A stretch of DNA of 64,000 nt from an uncultured Bacteroidota bacterium (GTDB lineage Bacteria; Bacteroidota; Bacteroidia; UKL13-3). Positions 37,341 to 46,811 of this stretch are shown one piece after another. Within the stretch, counting starts at the first letter, position 1. Each line of letters starts with the position of its first letter. Below the pieces are notes generated by a model that was not told the DNA's origin, ran no database searches, and worked only from the letters and a program-made list of their open reading frames with translations. The position numbers were made by a program, and so were the translations under genes. The stretch covers positions 1,936-65,935 of the forward strand of contig CAILJQ010000188.1 of the NCBI GenBank assembly GCA_903834625.1, read 5' to 3'.

Positions 37341-38465
37341 ATGAGAAGAGGAGTCATTTTTCTACTATTTATTTTTGGAATGGGTGCATTGGGATATGCG
37401 CAAAAGAATAGTTCATCAGGGCAATTGGAAAAGGAAAAAGCATTGCAGCGTATTTTAGATAAAACCGTTGATAATAAAAAGGTTTTTGGTTGCTCATTTG
37501 CTTTGAAAAAGAATGATTTTTCTTGGATTGGTTCCTCTGGTAATATGAGCTTAAATCAATCCTATTTTATTGCCAGCACTACGAAACTATTCACTACAGC
37601 CTTAATCATGCAATTGCGATTTGAGGGCAAGCTAAAGTTAGAGGATTTTATTGTAAACTACTTGCCAGATAGCATCACACACCATTTGAATGTTTTCCTA
37701 AATAAGGATTATAGCAAAACAATTACCATTCAACATTTGCTAACGCATAGCTCTGGTTTGCCCGATTATTTTCAAGATAAAGGAAAGCAAGGTTTTAGCC
37801 TAGAGCAAGAGTTGTTGTTAGGTCGCGATCAAGCGTGGACACCCGCTCAGGCTATTGAAAGAACAAAGAATATGCGGTCATTTTTTAGGCCCTCATCGGG
37901 GTCTATGGCACATTATTCAGATGCAAATTTTCAACTATTAGGGTTAATTATTGAGAAGATAACAGGTAAACCTTATGCAGAAGTATGTTTGGAGCGCATT
38001 CTGCAACCGCTTACTTTAAAAAATACTTATGTGTATCGCGATGAAAAGGATACTTTGCCAAAGGTGATATATTATAAATCGAATGAGCTACGTATTCCAA
38101 AAGCAATGACCTCTTTTGGTGCGGATGGCGGTATAGTCTCTACTTCAGAGGATATGATGGTATTTATTCAAGCTTTTTTTCAAGGCAAATTATTTCCTGC
38201 CTCCTATATCTCTGAAATGCAGAAATGGCGAAAGATATTTTTTCCTATGCGTTCAGGAATTGGTTTTCACAAATTTGAATTGCCGTGGTTACTTAATCCA
38301 ATGGGCGCAGTGCCTGTTTTTATAGGACATTCAGGCTTGTCTGGAGCCTTGGCTTATTATTGCCCAGAGGAAGATATTTTTGTAGTAGGTACCGTAAACC
38401 AAATTGCCAATCCAGATTTGTCATTTAAAACCATGATCAAATTAACGCGTGAATTAAGTAAGTAG
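37341..38465 (+). CDS. Serine hydrolase of the beta-lactamase (class C / PBP4*-like) family
   Basis: Signal peptide, SxxK motif in FIASTTKLFT, HLLTHSSGLPDY, and a HSG triad region (IGHSGLSG). Confidence 0.75.
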   Translation: MRRGVIFLLFIFGMGALGYAQKNSSSGQLEKEKALQRILDKTVDNKKVFGCSFALKKNDFSWIGSSGNMSLNQSYFIASTTKLFTTALIMQLRFEGKLKLEDFIVNYLPDSITHHLNVFLNKDYSKTITIQHLLTHSSGLPDYFQDKGKQGFSLEQELLLGRDQAWTPAQAIERTKNMRSFFRPSSGSMAHYSDANFQLLGLIIEKITGKPYAEVCLERILQPLTLKNTYVYRDEKDTLPKVIYYKSNELRIPKAMTSFGADGGIVSTSEDMMVFIQAFFQGKLFPASYISEMQKWRKIFFPMRSGIGFHKFELPWLLNPMGAVPVFIGHSGLSGALAYYCPEEDIFVVGTVNQIANPDLSFKTMIKLTRELSK

Positions 38466-38502
38466 TTTTGGCGTAATACCTCATTTTTCATGTTCAAGGT
38501 TA

Positions 38503-38518
38503 TTCGGTTCGAACCGAA
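38503..38518. repeat. Perfect 16-bp palindrome TTCGGTTCGAACCGAA between convergent genes
   Basis: Self-complementary over all 16 nt. It is the only structured element in the 75-bp gap between 38465 and 38541. Confidence 0.8.
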
Positions 38519-38540
38519 ACTGCTTTAACATATTTTGAAA

Positions 38541-40904
38541 TTAGTTATTTTCTTCCTCTATATCTTCTGGTTCGATTTCAACCAAGGTAACACCTAATTC
38601 TTTTTTGGCATTAATACTTTTCTCTAAAGACAAGAGCATAGCAGGTAGGAGCAATAGGTTCATGAACATGCCAAATATGAGTGATATAGATGTTAAAACA
38701 CCTAAGGCTACTGTACCTCCAAAATTAGATGCGGCAAAGATAATAAAGCCACCAAACAAGGCGATGGCGGTATAAATAATGCTTGGCCCTGCCTCAATTA
38801 AACTCTCAGGAATAGCAACACGCATATCCCAATTGTGTTTCTTGAGAGAATGGCGGTATTTGGCTAAATAATGAATGGTAAAATCAACTACAATACCGTA
38901 GGCAATACTAAAAATGATAATGGTTGAAGGTTTCAGACGAATGTCGAAAAAACCCATGATGCCAAAGGTCATAATTAATGGAATTAAGTTTGGTACCAAT
39001 GAAATTAAGACCATTTTCCAGCTGAAGAATAAAAAGGCCATCATAATTGAAATGATGATGAGGGCGGAAATCATACTTTGAATAAGATTTTCTATGAGGT
39101 AGTCGTTTCCTTTTAAGAAAATGGCGCTGGTTCCGGTTATCTTCACATCATAGTCTTCTTTAGGAAAAATACTATCTACTTTTTGTTGAACCTCTTTGCT
39201 CAATCGCTTCATTTCTACAGAACCAATATCTGCCATTTGTACACTAACCCTTGCTAATTGAAAAGTACTATCAACCATCGATTTTAACAGGTTGTTATTG
39301 CCTTGGTCTTTGGGTAAATAATCTACAATTTCAGTAATGTCAACCACACTTGGCACTATATAATAACGCTCATCACCATTGTGCATTCCTTGGTTGGCAA
39401 ATTTCAAAAAATCAACCACAGAGGTGGCTTTTGATAACTCAGGAAATTGGTGCAGTTCTTTTTGTAGCCTATTGATTTTTTGTAGTGTAACATAGTCCTT
39501 AACGCCGTCAGGTCTTTTGGTGTCTATTCTTATTTCAAAAGGTAAAGCACCGTTGAGGTGTTTTTCAAAAAACTTCAAATCTACATAAACAGGGTCGTCT
39601 GCAGGTAAGTCGTCTACCACATATCCCAGGTTTCTAACCTTCATTGAACCATATATAGAAAGTGTTAATAGAACAAGCGTTACAACATAAATTTTAGGTC
39701 GATGGTAATGAACCAAATCATAACATTTGTTTAATACACTATTGAGTCGAATGCTATCTAAATGTTTGGTATGCTTGTGCTGCGGAGGTGGTAAGTAACT
39801 GTAAACAATTGGGATAAATACCAAAGAAATAATGTATATAAGCATGATAACAATTCCTGAAATAACCGAGAATTGATCAAGCATGGCACTGCCAGAAAAG
39901 CTGAATACAACAAAACCTACTGCTGTGGTAACATTGGTTAAAAAGAGGGGTAAACCGTTTTTGGAAATAAGTCGTAATAGCGCCAACATTTTATTCCCAT
40001 GCGAGGTGTATTCTTGGTGATATACATTGAGCAGGTAAATACAATTTTGTACGCCAATAATGACCATAAGTGGTGGAAGTATACCCGTGAGTATGGTTAT
40101 TTTATACCCAAACAAAGCTAATAGTCCCATGGTGGCTACTACGCCAATTATGACTACAATTAGAGAGAAAATTACAGCACTTAAGAATCTAAAGAATACA
40201 AAAATAAAAATGGCAGTAACCAAGATAGAGAGGTAGGTAAAGATTTTTATTTCATCACCCACTTTTGAACTCATCATGGTGCGCACATATGGTAACCCTG
40301 AAAAGTGCATTTCACTATTATGAGTCCTTCCAAATTCCCTGCAAATGTTTTCAATTCCATTAACCAATGGAATTCTTGCTTTGCTATCTAATTGGGCTTT
40401 TTTAAGGTTAACCGCTAAAACTACTAAGTCGTTTTCAGGATTGTATAAAAGGCCATTATAAAATTTGAGCGTAGCAACAAAGTGATGGAAAGAATCTAAT
40501 TCAATTTGTGTTTTGGGTTTGCGTGTGAGGAGTGGCTTTACCTGTAATTTTCCTAAAGAGTCGTTTCGCTCTAAATAGTAAGCGCTTGAAATGGATATAA
40601 CTTTTTCTACTCCCTCTATCGCTTCAATTTTTTTAGTGAGGTCGTATAAGTCATTGAAATAGTTTAGCTTAAAGGCGTCTTTGCTTTGGGTACCAATCAC
40701 CAAGATATTTCCATCTTCCCCAAAAGTTTCCTTGAATTTTACATACTCAATAAAATCTGGGTCGTCTTGTGGAACTACCTTGGCAAAATCATAGGTCATT
40801 TGAACCTTGGTGGCGAAATACCCGAAAAATAAGGTGATTACACCCAAAGAAACCAGCAGCCAAAAGCGATTCCTGATACAAAAAGAACCAATTGCATTCC
40901 ACAT
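38541..40904 (-). CDS. MMPL/RND-superfamily transporter (two sterol-sensing-like 6-TM bundles)
   Basis: Two clusters of about 6 TM helices separated by large periplasmic loops. Start taken at MWNAIGSFCIRNRFWLL (CAT at 40902-40904). Confidence 0.65.
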   Translation of the reverse strand: MWNAIGSFCIRNRFWLLVSLGVITLFFGYFATKVQMTYDFAKVVPQDDPDFIEYVKFKETFGEDGNILVIGTQSKDAFKLNYFNDLYDLTKKIEAIEGVEKVISISSAYYLERNDSLGKLQVKPLLTRKPKTQIELDSFHHFVATLKFYNGLLYNPENDLVVLAVNLKKAQLDSKARIPLVNGIENICREFGRTHNSEMHFSGLPYVRTMMSSKVGDEIKIFTYLSILVTAIFIFVFFRFLSAVIFSLIVVIIGVVATMGLLALFGYKITILTGILPPLMVIIGVQNCIYLLNVYHQEYTSHGNKMLALLRLISKNGLPLFLTNVTTAVGFVVFSFSGSAMLDQFSVISGIVIMLIYIISLVFIPIVYSYLPPPQHKHTKHLDSIRLNSVLNKCYDLVHYHRPKIYVVTLVLLTLSIYGSMKVRNLGYVVDDLPADDPVYVDLKFFEKHLNGALPFEIRIDTKRPDGVKDYVTLQKINRLQKELHQFPELSKATSVVDFLKFANQGMHNGDERYYIVPSVVDITEIVDYLPKDQGNNNLLKSMVDSTFQLARVSVQMADIGSVEMKRLSKEVQQKVDSIFPKEDYDVKITGTSAIFLKGNDYLIENLIQSMISALIIISIMMAFLFFSWKMVLISLVPNLIPLIMTFGIMGFFDIRLKPSTIIIFSIAYGIVVDFTIHYLAKYRHSLKKHNWDMRVAIPESLIEAGPSIIYTAIALFGGFIIFAASNFGGTVALGVLTSISLIFGMFMNLLLLPAMLLSLEKSINAKKELGVTLVEIEPEDIEEENN

Positions 40905-41016
40905 AATGCAGCAAAAGTAGCTAAAAATGCGCATTGTCAAATGCGTAAAAACCAAGAGCTAATATTTACAACATTCTTGCATGAATATCGTTTATTTGTG
41001 GTTGTTTAAAGATTTC

Positions 41017-43320
41017 ATGAAAAAACTTTTCTTTTTAACGTTTGCATTCACTTTTGCTTTATGGGGTAATGCCCAAATAAACTTTGAGGGTTGGCGCGTT
41101 CATTTGCCCTATTTTAAGAATGCTTCTGTAACCAACGTGGGTTCCAGAATCTATTGCGGATCTAATAGCGGAATCTTTGTTTGCGACCGTGAAGATGGAA
41201 GTATTGAAAGACTATCTAAAATTACTGGATTGTCTGATGTGGAGGTGAAAATTGTCAAATACAATGCAGCCCTTAAAGTAACTTTAATTGTTTACAACAA
41301 CACCAATATTGATATCATTGACGAAGCCAACAAAATCATTTACAATGTGCCAGATATTTTTCTCAAGAGCATTATTGGCGCTAAGTCTATCAATGGTTTC
41401 TGCTTTTATGAAAATAAAGCTTATTTGGCTTGTAGCTTTGGGATAGTGGTTCTCGATTTACAGCGAAAGCAATTAATTGATTCATACCAAAACCTAGGTC
41501 CAAATGGTTCACAGCTTGAGTTTTTGGCAGTAAGTATTTTTAAAAATCAAATTTATGCATCTGCTGCAAATGGGATTTTTGCAGCAAGTTTAAATAGTCC
41601 GAACCTAAACGATTTCAATTTTTGGAAACTCACCAAGTCGTCAACGGGAAGTGGACTGAGCATGGCTTATAAAGGAAATTTATACGCTCTTGTTGATAGT
41701 TCCTTACAGGTGTATGATGGGGTAACGGCATGGCAACCATATTTGCCTACTTTGGGCAAAGAAATTACCTCTTTGCAGTTGAGTCAGTATGAAGCCGAGC
41801 TTCAGCATTTGTTTATCATTACACCTACAAAATTCTATATAGAGAAAGGTAATGCTGTTCCAGATTCACTTGATCACACCTTTAGGAAGGATGGTGTTTA
41901 TGATTTGAAGGGAAACCTTTCAATGGTAGATGATAATTACGGCTTAACCATTGATAATAGACAAACCAACAATTTAGACTATATCATTCCGGGCGGTCCG
42001 GCGGCTAGGACTTTTGGCAGACTCACCTATGAAAATGGCAAACTATGGGTAGCCGGAGGTTATGTAAATGATAGATGGGATCCTCTGATGTATAATGGAA
42101 GTAAATTCTACCAGTTTTCAGAAAATTCATGGTATAACTTCACCGAAAAAGACCATCCTATGATTACTGGCTTATCAGATTTTTTAGAAGTAAAAAAGCA
42201 TCCATATGCCAATGAAGTTTACCTATCGAGTTTTGGAGGTGGTATAATTAAAGTTGTAAACAATCAAGTGGTAGAGAACTACGATGAAAGCAATAGTACT
42301 TTACAGCGATTAAGTGTAGTTGACCCCAATTATAAACCTCTCCTTACCGGGGGAATGGATTTTGACAATTTTGGAAATTTATGGGTGAGCAATTATGGTG
42401 TTAATAAGCCCATAAGCGTAAAGACAAAAACAGGTTGGATGTCGTTTAACGTAGGCACAGTAGCTGGTGGCAATGAATTAGGTTGGCTCACTTGCGATGA
42501 CAATAACAATAAGTGGTTATTGAGCGTAAGGGACAAGGGCATTTTAGTTTATAACGATAATGGTACACCCACACAGGTGGCCGATGACCAATATAAAATG
42601 TTAACCAAAGAAGTGGGTCAGGGAGCCTTGCCTTCTAATACGGTTTTATGCGCGAGCAAAGACTTAAATGGAGAGATGTGGATAGGAACCAACCAAGGCT
42701 TAACCATTTTGGGCAATCCAGGTAAAATATTTAACACAAATAAAGAGAGTTTTGATGCAAGACAAATCATTATTAAAGTTGGAACCAATTATGAAATATT
42801 CCTAGGGAAAGAGCAGATAAATTGTATCAAAGTTGATCCTGCCAATAGGAAATGGATTGGCACTCCCAATGGGGTTTGGTTGGTTTCGTCTGATGGCTAT
42901 AAGGTGATTAAGAATTTTACCACAGCCAACTCTCCACTACTCTCAAATAATGTAATAGAAATTGGTATCGATGAAGGCACAGGCGAAGTGTTTTTTGGAA
43001 CAGAAAAAGGCCTAATTTCTTATATGGGTGATGCCAGTGGTTCCCAATCAGATTTTAGCAATGTAGAGATATTTCCTAATCCGGTTCGACCCGATTTTAC
43101 AGGTAGTGTTTCTATTAGAGGCTTGATGGAAAAGTCGATTGTAAAAATAGCCGACATAAGTGGAAATTTGGTGTATGAAACCACTGCCAACGGAGGATTT
43201 GTGGCATGGGATGGAAAAAATTACCAAGGCAAAAGGGTTTCTTCTGGCGTTTATTTGGTGTTTGCTTCAACCAAAGATGGTGCGCAAACACATGTAGGCA
43301 AAATTTTATTTATAAATTAA
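41017..43320 (+). CDS. Double beta-propeller protein with T9SS C-terminal domain, probable PorZ
   Basis: Signal peptide MKKLFFLTFAFTFALWGNAQ. Reg_prop-like repeats (GTNQGLTIL, GTPNGVWLVS, FGTEKGLISY). CTD IFPNPVRPDFTG...VSSGVYLVFASTKDGAQTHVGKILFIN. The 767-aa size matches PorZ. Confidence 0.5.
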   Translation: MKKLFFLTFAFTFALWGNAQINFEGWRVHLPYFKNASVTNVGSRIYCGSNSGIFVCDREDGSIERLSKITGLSDVEVKIVKYNAALKVTLIVYNNTNIDIIDEANKIIYNVPDIFLKSIIGAKSINGFCFYENKAYLACSFGIVVLDLQRKQLIDSYQNLGPNGSQLEFLAVSIFKNQIYASAANGIFAASLNSPNLNDFNFWKLTKSSTGSGLSMAYKGNLYALVDSSLQVYDGVTAWQPYLPTLGKEITSLQLSQYEAELQHLFIITPTKFYIEKGNAVPDSLDHTFRKDGVYDLKGNLSMVDDNYGLTIDNRQTNNLDYIIPGGPAARTFGRLTYENGKLWVAGGYVNDRWDPLMYNGSKFYQFSENSWYNFTEKDHPMITGLSDFLEVKKHPYANEVYLSSFGGGIIKVVNNQVVENYDESNSTLQRLSVVDPNYKPLLTGGMDFDNFGNLWVSNYGVNKPISVKTKTGWMSFNVGTVAGGNELGWLTCDDNNNKWLLSVRDKGILVYNDNGTPTQVADDQYKMLTKEVGQGALPSNTVLCASKDLNGEMWIGTNQGLTILGNPGKIFNTNKESFDARQIIIKVGTNYEIFLGKEQINCIKVDPANRKWIGTPNGVWLVSSDGYKVIKNFTTANSPLLSNNVIEIGIDEGTGEVFFGTEKGLISYMGDASGSQSDFSNVEIFPNPVRPDFTGSVSIRGLMEKSIVKIADISGNLVYETTANGGFVAWDGKNYQGKRVSSGVYLVFASTKDGAQTHVGKILFIN

Positions 43321-43325
43321 TTGAT

Positions 43326-44327
43326 ATGAAGTCAGCAGTATTGCATGCAATCAATGCAGCATATGTATACCAAGAATTTGAAAAGCCAATACCTGCATCT
43401 GATGAGGTATTAATTCGTGTTCAACACGCTGCTCTTAACCACAGAGATGTTTGGATTCAAAAAGGACAATATGCAGGATTGGTGTTTCCAATTATTTGTG
43501 GCAGCGATGGATGCGGTGTGGTGGAGGCGGTTGGCTCAGACCGAAACAAACATTGGATTGGTAAAGAAGTGGTGGTAAACCCTTCGCTTAATTGGGGTGA
43601 TAGCGAAAGATATCAAGCTAAAAATTATGTGATTTTAGGATTGCCCAACCATGGAACTTTTGCGGAATATGTATGTGTACCTGCACGATTAGTTTTTGAG
43701 AAACCTTTTCATTTGAGTTCTGCCCAAGCTGCTGCTTTTCCATTGGCAGGTTTAACAGGTTTTAGGGCTTTGTTTGGAAGAGCAAAGGCGAAAGCAGGGG
43801 AAACAGTTTTGGTAACAGGAATAGGAGGAGGAGTGGCCTTGTTTGCTGCACAATTTGCCATAGCAGCGGGTTGTAAAGTTTATGTTACAAGTAGCAGTGA
43901 AGAGAAAATTGAAAAGGCCAAGAAAATGGGCGCATTGGGTGCTGTTAATTATAAAGAAGTAGATTGGCATAAAAAACTGGCCCAAGAAAGTGGAGGTTTT
44001 GATGTTATTGTAGATGGAGCGGGAGGAGCAGATTTTGCCAAACTAATTGATTTATGTAAGCCAGGTGGAAGGATAGTTTGTTATGGTGCAACAATGGGAT
44101 CTTGGAACGCAGGCGTGCCAGCAAAGGTGTTCTGGAAACAAATAGATATTTTAGGTTCAACCATGGGCACAGATGCAGAATTTGAAAAAATGATAGGGTT
44201 TATTGCTGAACACAAATTGGTTCCAACTGTTGCTCAAATATTTTCTTTAAGTGATTGTGAGATGGCTGCCAGATACATGGATGAAGGCAAACAATTTGGT
44301 AAAATTGTTTTAGAAATACCTGCTTAA
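43326..44327 (+). CDS. Zinc-type alcohol dehydrogenase / quinone oxidoreductase (MDR family)
   Basis: GSDGCGVVEAVG and GIGGGVALFAAQFA (Rossmann). ATG at 43326. Confidence 0.8.
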   Translation: MKSAVLHAINAAYVYQEFEKPIPASDEVLIRVQHAALNHRDVWIQKGQYAGLVFPIICGSDGCGVVEAVGSDRNKHWIGKEVVVNPSLNWGDSERYQAKNYVILGLPNHGTFAEYVCVPARLVFEKPFHLSSAQAAAFPLAGLTGFRALFGRAKAKAGETVLVTGIGGGVALFAAQFAIAAGCKVYVTSSSEEKIEKAKKMGALGAVNYKEVDWHKKLAQESGGFDVIVDGAGGADFAKLIDLCKPGGRIVCYGATMGSWNAGVPAKVFWKQIDILGSTMGTDAEFEKMIGFIAEHKLVPTVAQIFSLSDCEMAARYMDEGKQFGKIVLEIPA

Positions 44328-45019
44328 TGTTTGCTTGGAAGAAATTCCTAATTAGCCTGGTTGGCTTGCTTTTATTGATAAGTGCATTGCTATATGCACG
44401 AAACCTCAGTTATCTCATACCAGGTTATCATTTCTTTGTGTATACGCCAACAAAGTATTCGAAAACATTAACCGAAATAAGGCAAAAAAAACAAGGGAAG
44501 AAGAATGCCAACCTAACGCAGCAACAACAATTTTTGGTTGAAAGCCTTACGCAAAAAGTATTTCCTTATTGGTATGGTACTCGTTGGAATTTTTATGGTA
44601 CTACACTTACTCCTGGCGAAGGGAGTATAGCATGTGGGTATTTTGTAACCACTACCTTACAGGCCATTTCTTATCCAATAGATAGAGTTAAACTAGCTAA
44701 ATGTGCTTCCGAGAAAATGATCAGAGCCTTGGTTCAGCCCAGATATATATGGCATTTTAATGGGATGGATTTGTTGCCATTTTGTAGTGGATTATTAGAG
44801 AAGGGTAAAGGTTTATATATCATCGGATTGGATAATCATACCGGCTACTTGTGGGCTAAAGGCAATGGTGAATTACGGTTCATTCACTCCAGCGGTCGCT
44901 TTCCTTTTTGTGTAATAAATGAAGATGCCCGTGAATCTGTTGTTTTGAGGATTTCAAGATACAAGGTGGTTGGTAAAATTAGTGCAGATGAAAAGTTCCT
45001 TCAACATTGGTTTGAATAG
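44327..45019 (+). CDS. Membrane-anchored hypothetical protein, possible papain-like (NlpC/P60- or transglutaminase-like) Cys/His fold
   Basis: N-terminal TM helix. Candidate nucleophile context GSIACGYFV and later LDNHTGYLW. The start overlaps the upstream stop (TAATG). Confidence 0.35.
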   Translation: MFAWKKFLISLVGLLLLISALLYARNLSYLIPGYHFFVYTPTKYSKTLTEIRQKKQGKKNANLTQQQQFLVESLTQKVFPYWYGTRWNFYGTTLTPGEGSIACGYFVTTTLQAISYPIDRVKLAKCASEKMIRALVQPRYIWHFNGMDLLPFCSGLLEKGKGLYIIGLDNHTGYLWAKGNGELRFIHSSGRFPFCVINEDARESVVLRISRYKVVGKISADEKFLQHWFE

Positions 45020-45022
45020 GTA

Positions 45023-45037
45023 TTGGCTCGAACCGAA
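45023..45037. repeat. Variant copy of the word (TTGGCTCGAACCGAA) immediately after the stop at 45019
   Basis: One mismatch from TTGGTTCGAACCGAA. Confidence 0.5.
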
Positions 45038-45097
45038 AGTAGAATATCCTGTGTAGTTCCCTAAATTTTGTTGGAAACTGCTTATTTTGCACGTCAA

Positions 45098-46051
45098 ATG
45101 AAAGTAACTGAACATATTCATAATGCCAAAGAAACCCTGTTTTCTATTGAGATTTTGCCCCCATTAAAAGGAAAAGACATTAATTCAATCTACCATGGAA
45201 TTGATCCTTTAATGGAATTTAAGCCCGCCTTTATTGATGTTACCTACCACCGAGAAGAGTTTGTATTGCGTAAACGAAAGGATGGAGGATTTGATAAAAT
45301 TTATACCCGTAAACGTCCGGGTACAGTAGCTATTTGTGCCGCACTTATGAATAAGTATCATGTAGATACTGTACCACATCTTATTTGTGGCGGTTTTAGT
45401 AAGGAGGAAACAGAAAACGCTTTAATTGACTTGCACTTTTTGGGCATAGATAATGTGTTGGTGTTACGTGGTGATAACATTAAAAATGAGCCCAATTTTG
45501 TTCCTGAACCAGATGGAAACAAGAACTCCTTGGAATTACTCCAACAAGTAGTTGGAATGAACCATGGAAAGTATTTAGATGAAGAATTGGAAAATGCTTC
45601 CAACTCTAATTTTTGTATTGGCGTTTCGGGCTATCCTGAAAAACATTTTGAAGCCCCAAACATGCAAAGTGATTTGCGTTGGTTAAAACAAAAGGTAGAT
45701 GCAGGCGCAGAGTATATTGTTACACAAATGTTTTTTAACAATCAAAAGTACTTTGATTTTGTTGAAACATGCAAGAAAATGGGGATGGAGATACCCATCA
45801 TACCAGGCATTAAGCCTCTTACAACCAAGAAACAATTAACCATCTTGCCAAAGATTTTTCATATAGACATTCCTGAAGATTTGGTACTTGAAGTTGAGAA
45901 ATGTAAAGATGATAAAGCTGTGAAGCAAGTAGGTATTGAGTGGGCCATTCAAATGAGCAAAGAGTTAAAGGCTGCCAAGGTGCCCGTTTTGCATTATTAT
46001 ACCATGGGATTAAGTGAGGTAACAAAAAAGATTGCCTCTCAAGTTTTTTAA
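45098..46051 (+). CDS. metF: Methylenetetrahydrofolate reductase
   Basis: FSIEILPP, DVTYH, VPHLIC, VLVLRGD and YIVTQMFF motifs. ATG at 45098. Confidence 0.9.
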   Translation: MKVTEHIHNAKETLFSIEILPPLKGKDINSIYHGIDPLMEFKPAFIDVTYHREEFVLRKRKDGGFDKIYTRKRPGTVAICAALMNKYHVDTVPHLICGGFSKEETENALIDLHFLGIDNVLVLRGDNIKNEPNFVPEPDGNKNSLELLQQVVGMNHGKYLDEELENASNSNFCIGVSGYPEKHFEAPNMQSDLRWLKQKVDAGAEYIVTQMFFNNQKYFDFVETCKKMGMEIPIIPGIKPLTTKKQLTILPKIFHIDIPEDLVLEVEKCKDDKAVKQVGIEWAIQMSKELKAAKVPVLHYYTMGLSEVTKKIASQVF

Positions 46052-46079
46052 GTGAACCTGTTAAAATAGTTTATACCAT

Positions 46080-46811
46080 ATGAGTTTTGATATTCAGCCC
46101 TGGATGGGTAGAACGGAATTATTATTAGGTCATGACCAATTACATAAATTGGTTAATTCAAATGTATTGGTTGTAGGCCTTGGAGGAGTTGGAGGAATAG
46201 CAGCAGAAATGATTGCAAGAAGTGGTGTTGGAAGAATGACTATTGTAGATGCAGATACGGTTGATCCTACCAATAGAAACAGGCAAATTCCGGCGTTGAA
46301 AAGTACTGAAGGAAAAGTTAAGGCAGAGGTATTAGCGGAGCGCTTGTTAGATATCAATCCCGATTTACAATTACGTGTAATTCCTGAGTATTTTAGAGAC
46401 CAACTAACCTTTGATGTGTTAGATTCTGAGAAATGGGATTATGCCTTGGATTGTATTGATACACTCTCTCCCAAGGTGTTTTATATTAAAGCTTGCATTG
46501 AAAGAGGTATTCCAATTGTAAGCAGCATGGGGGCTGGTTCAAAAGTAGATCCAACCATGGTGAAAGTGGCTGATATATCTGAAACATATAATTGTCATTT
46601 GGCACGCTATACAAGAAAATATTTGCATAGGTTAGGTGTTTACAGAGGTGTTAAAGCAGTATTTTCTGCTGAACCAAAAGTGGTAAACTCCCAAGTAATG
46701 TTAATGGAAGCACGCAATAAAAAATCTGCTGTGGGTACCATTAGTTATATGCCAACTGTATTTGGGTGTACGGTTGCTTCAGTGGCTATAAGAGATTTAT
46801 ATGCCAGATAG
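46080..46811 (+). CDS. tcdA: tRNA threonylcarbamoyladenosine dehydratase (ThiF/E1-like)
   Basis: VLVVGLGGVGGIAAEMIARSGVGRMTIVDADTVDPTNRNRQ. Confidence 0.8.
   Translation: MSFDIQPWMGRTELLLGHDQLHKLVNSNVLVVGLGGVGGIAAEMIARSGVGRMTIVDADTVDPTNRNRQIPALKSTEGKVKAEVLAERLLDINPDLQLRVIPEYFRDQLTFDVLDSEKWDYALDCIDTLSPKVFYIKACIERGIPIVSSMGAGSKVDPTMVKVADISETYNCHLARYTRKYLHRLGVYRGVKAVFSAEPKVVNSQVMLMEARNKKSAVGTISYMPTVFGCTVASVAIRDLYAR

Noticed and set aside
45020-45097. Possible SAM or other riboswitch upstream of metF
   Set aside because: The leader is only 78 nt and shows no conserved riboswitch core that I can recognise.
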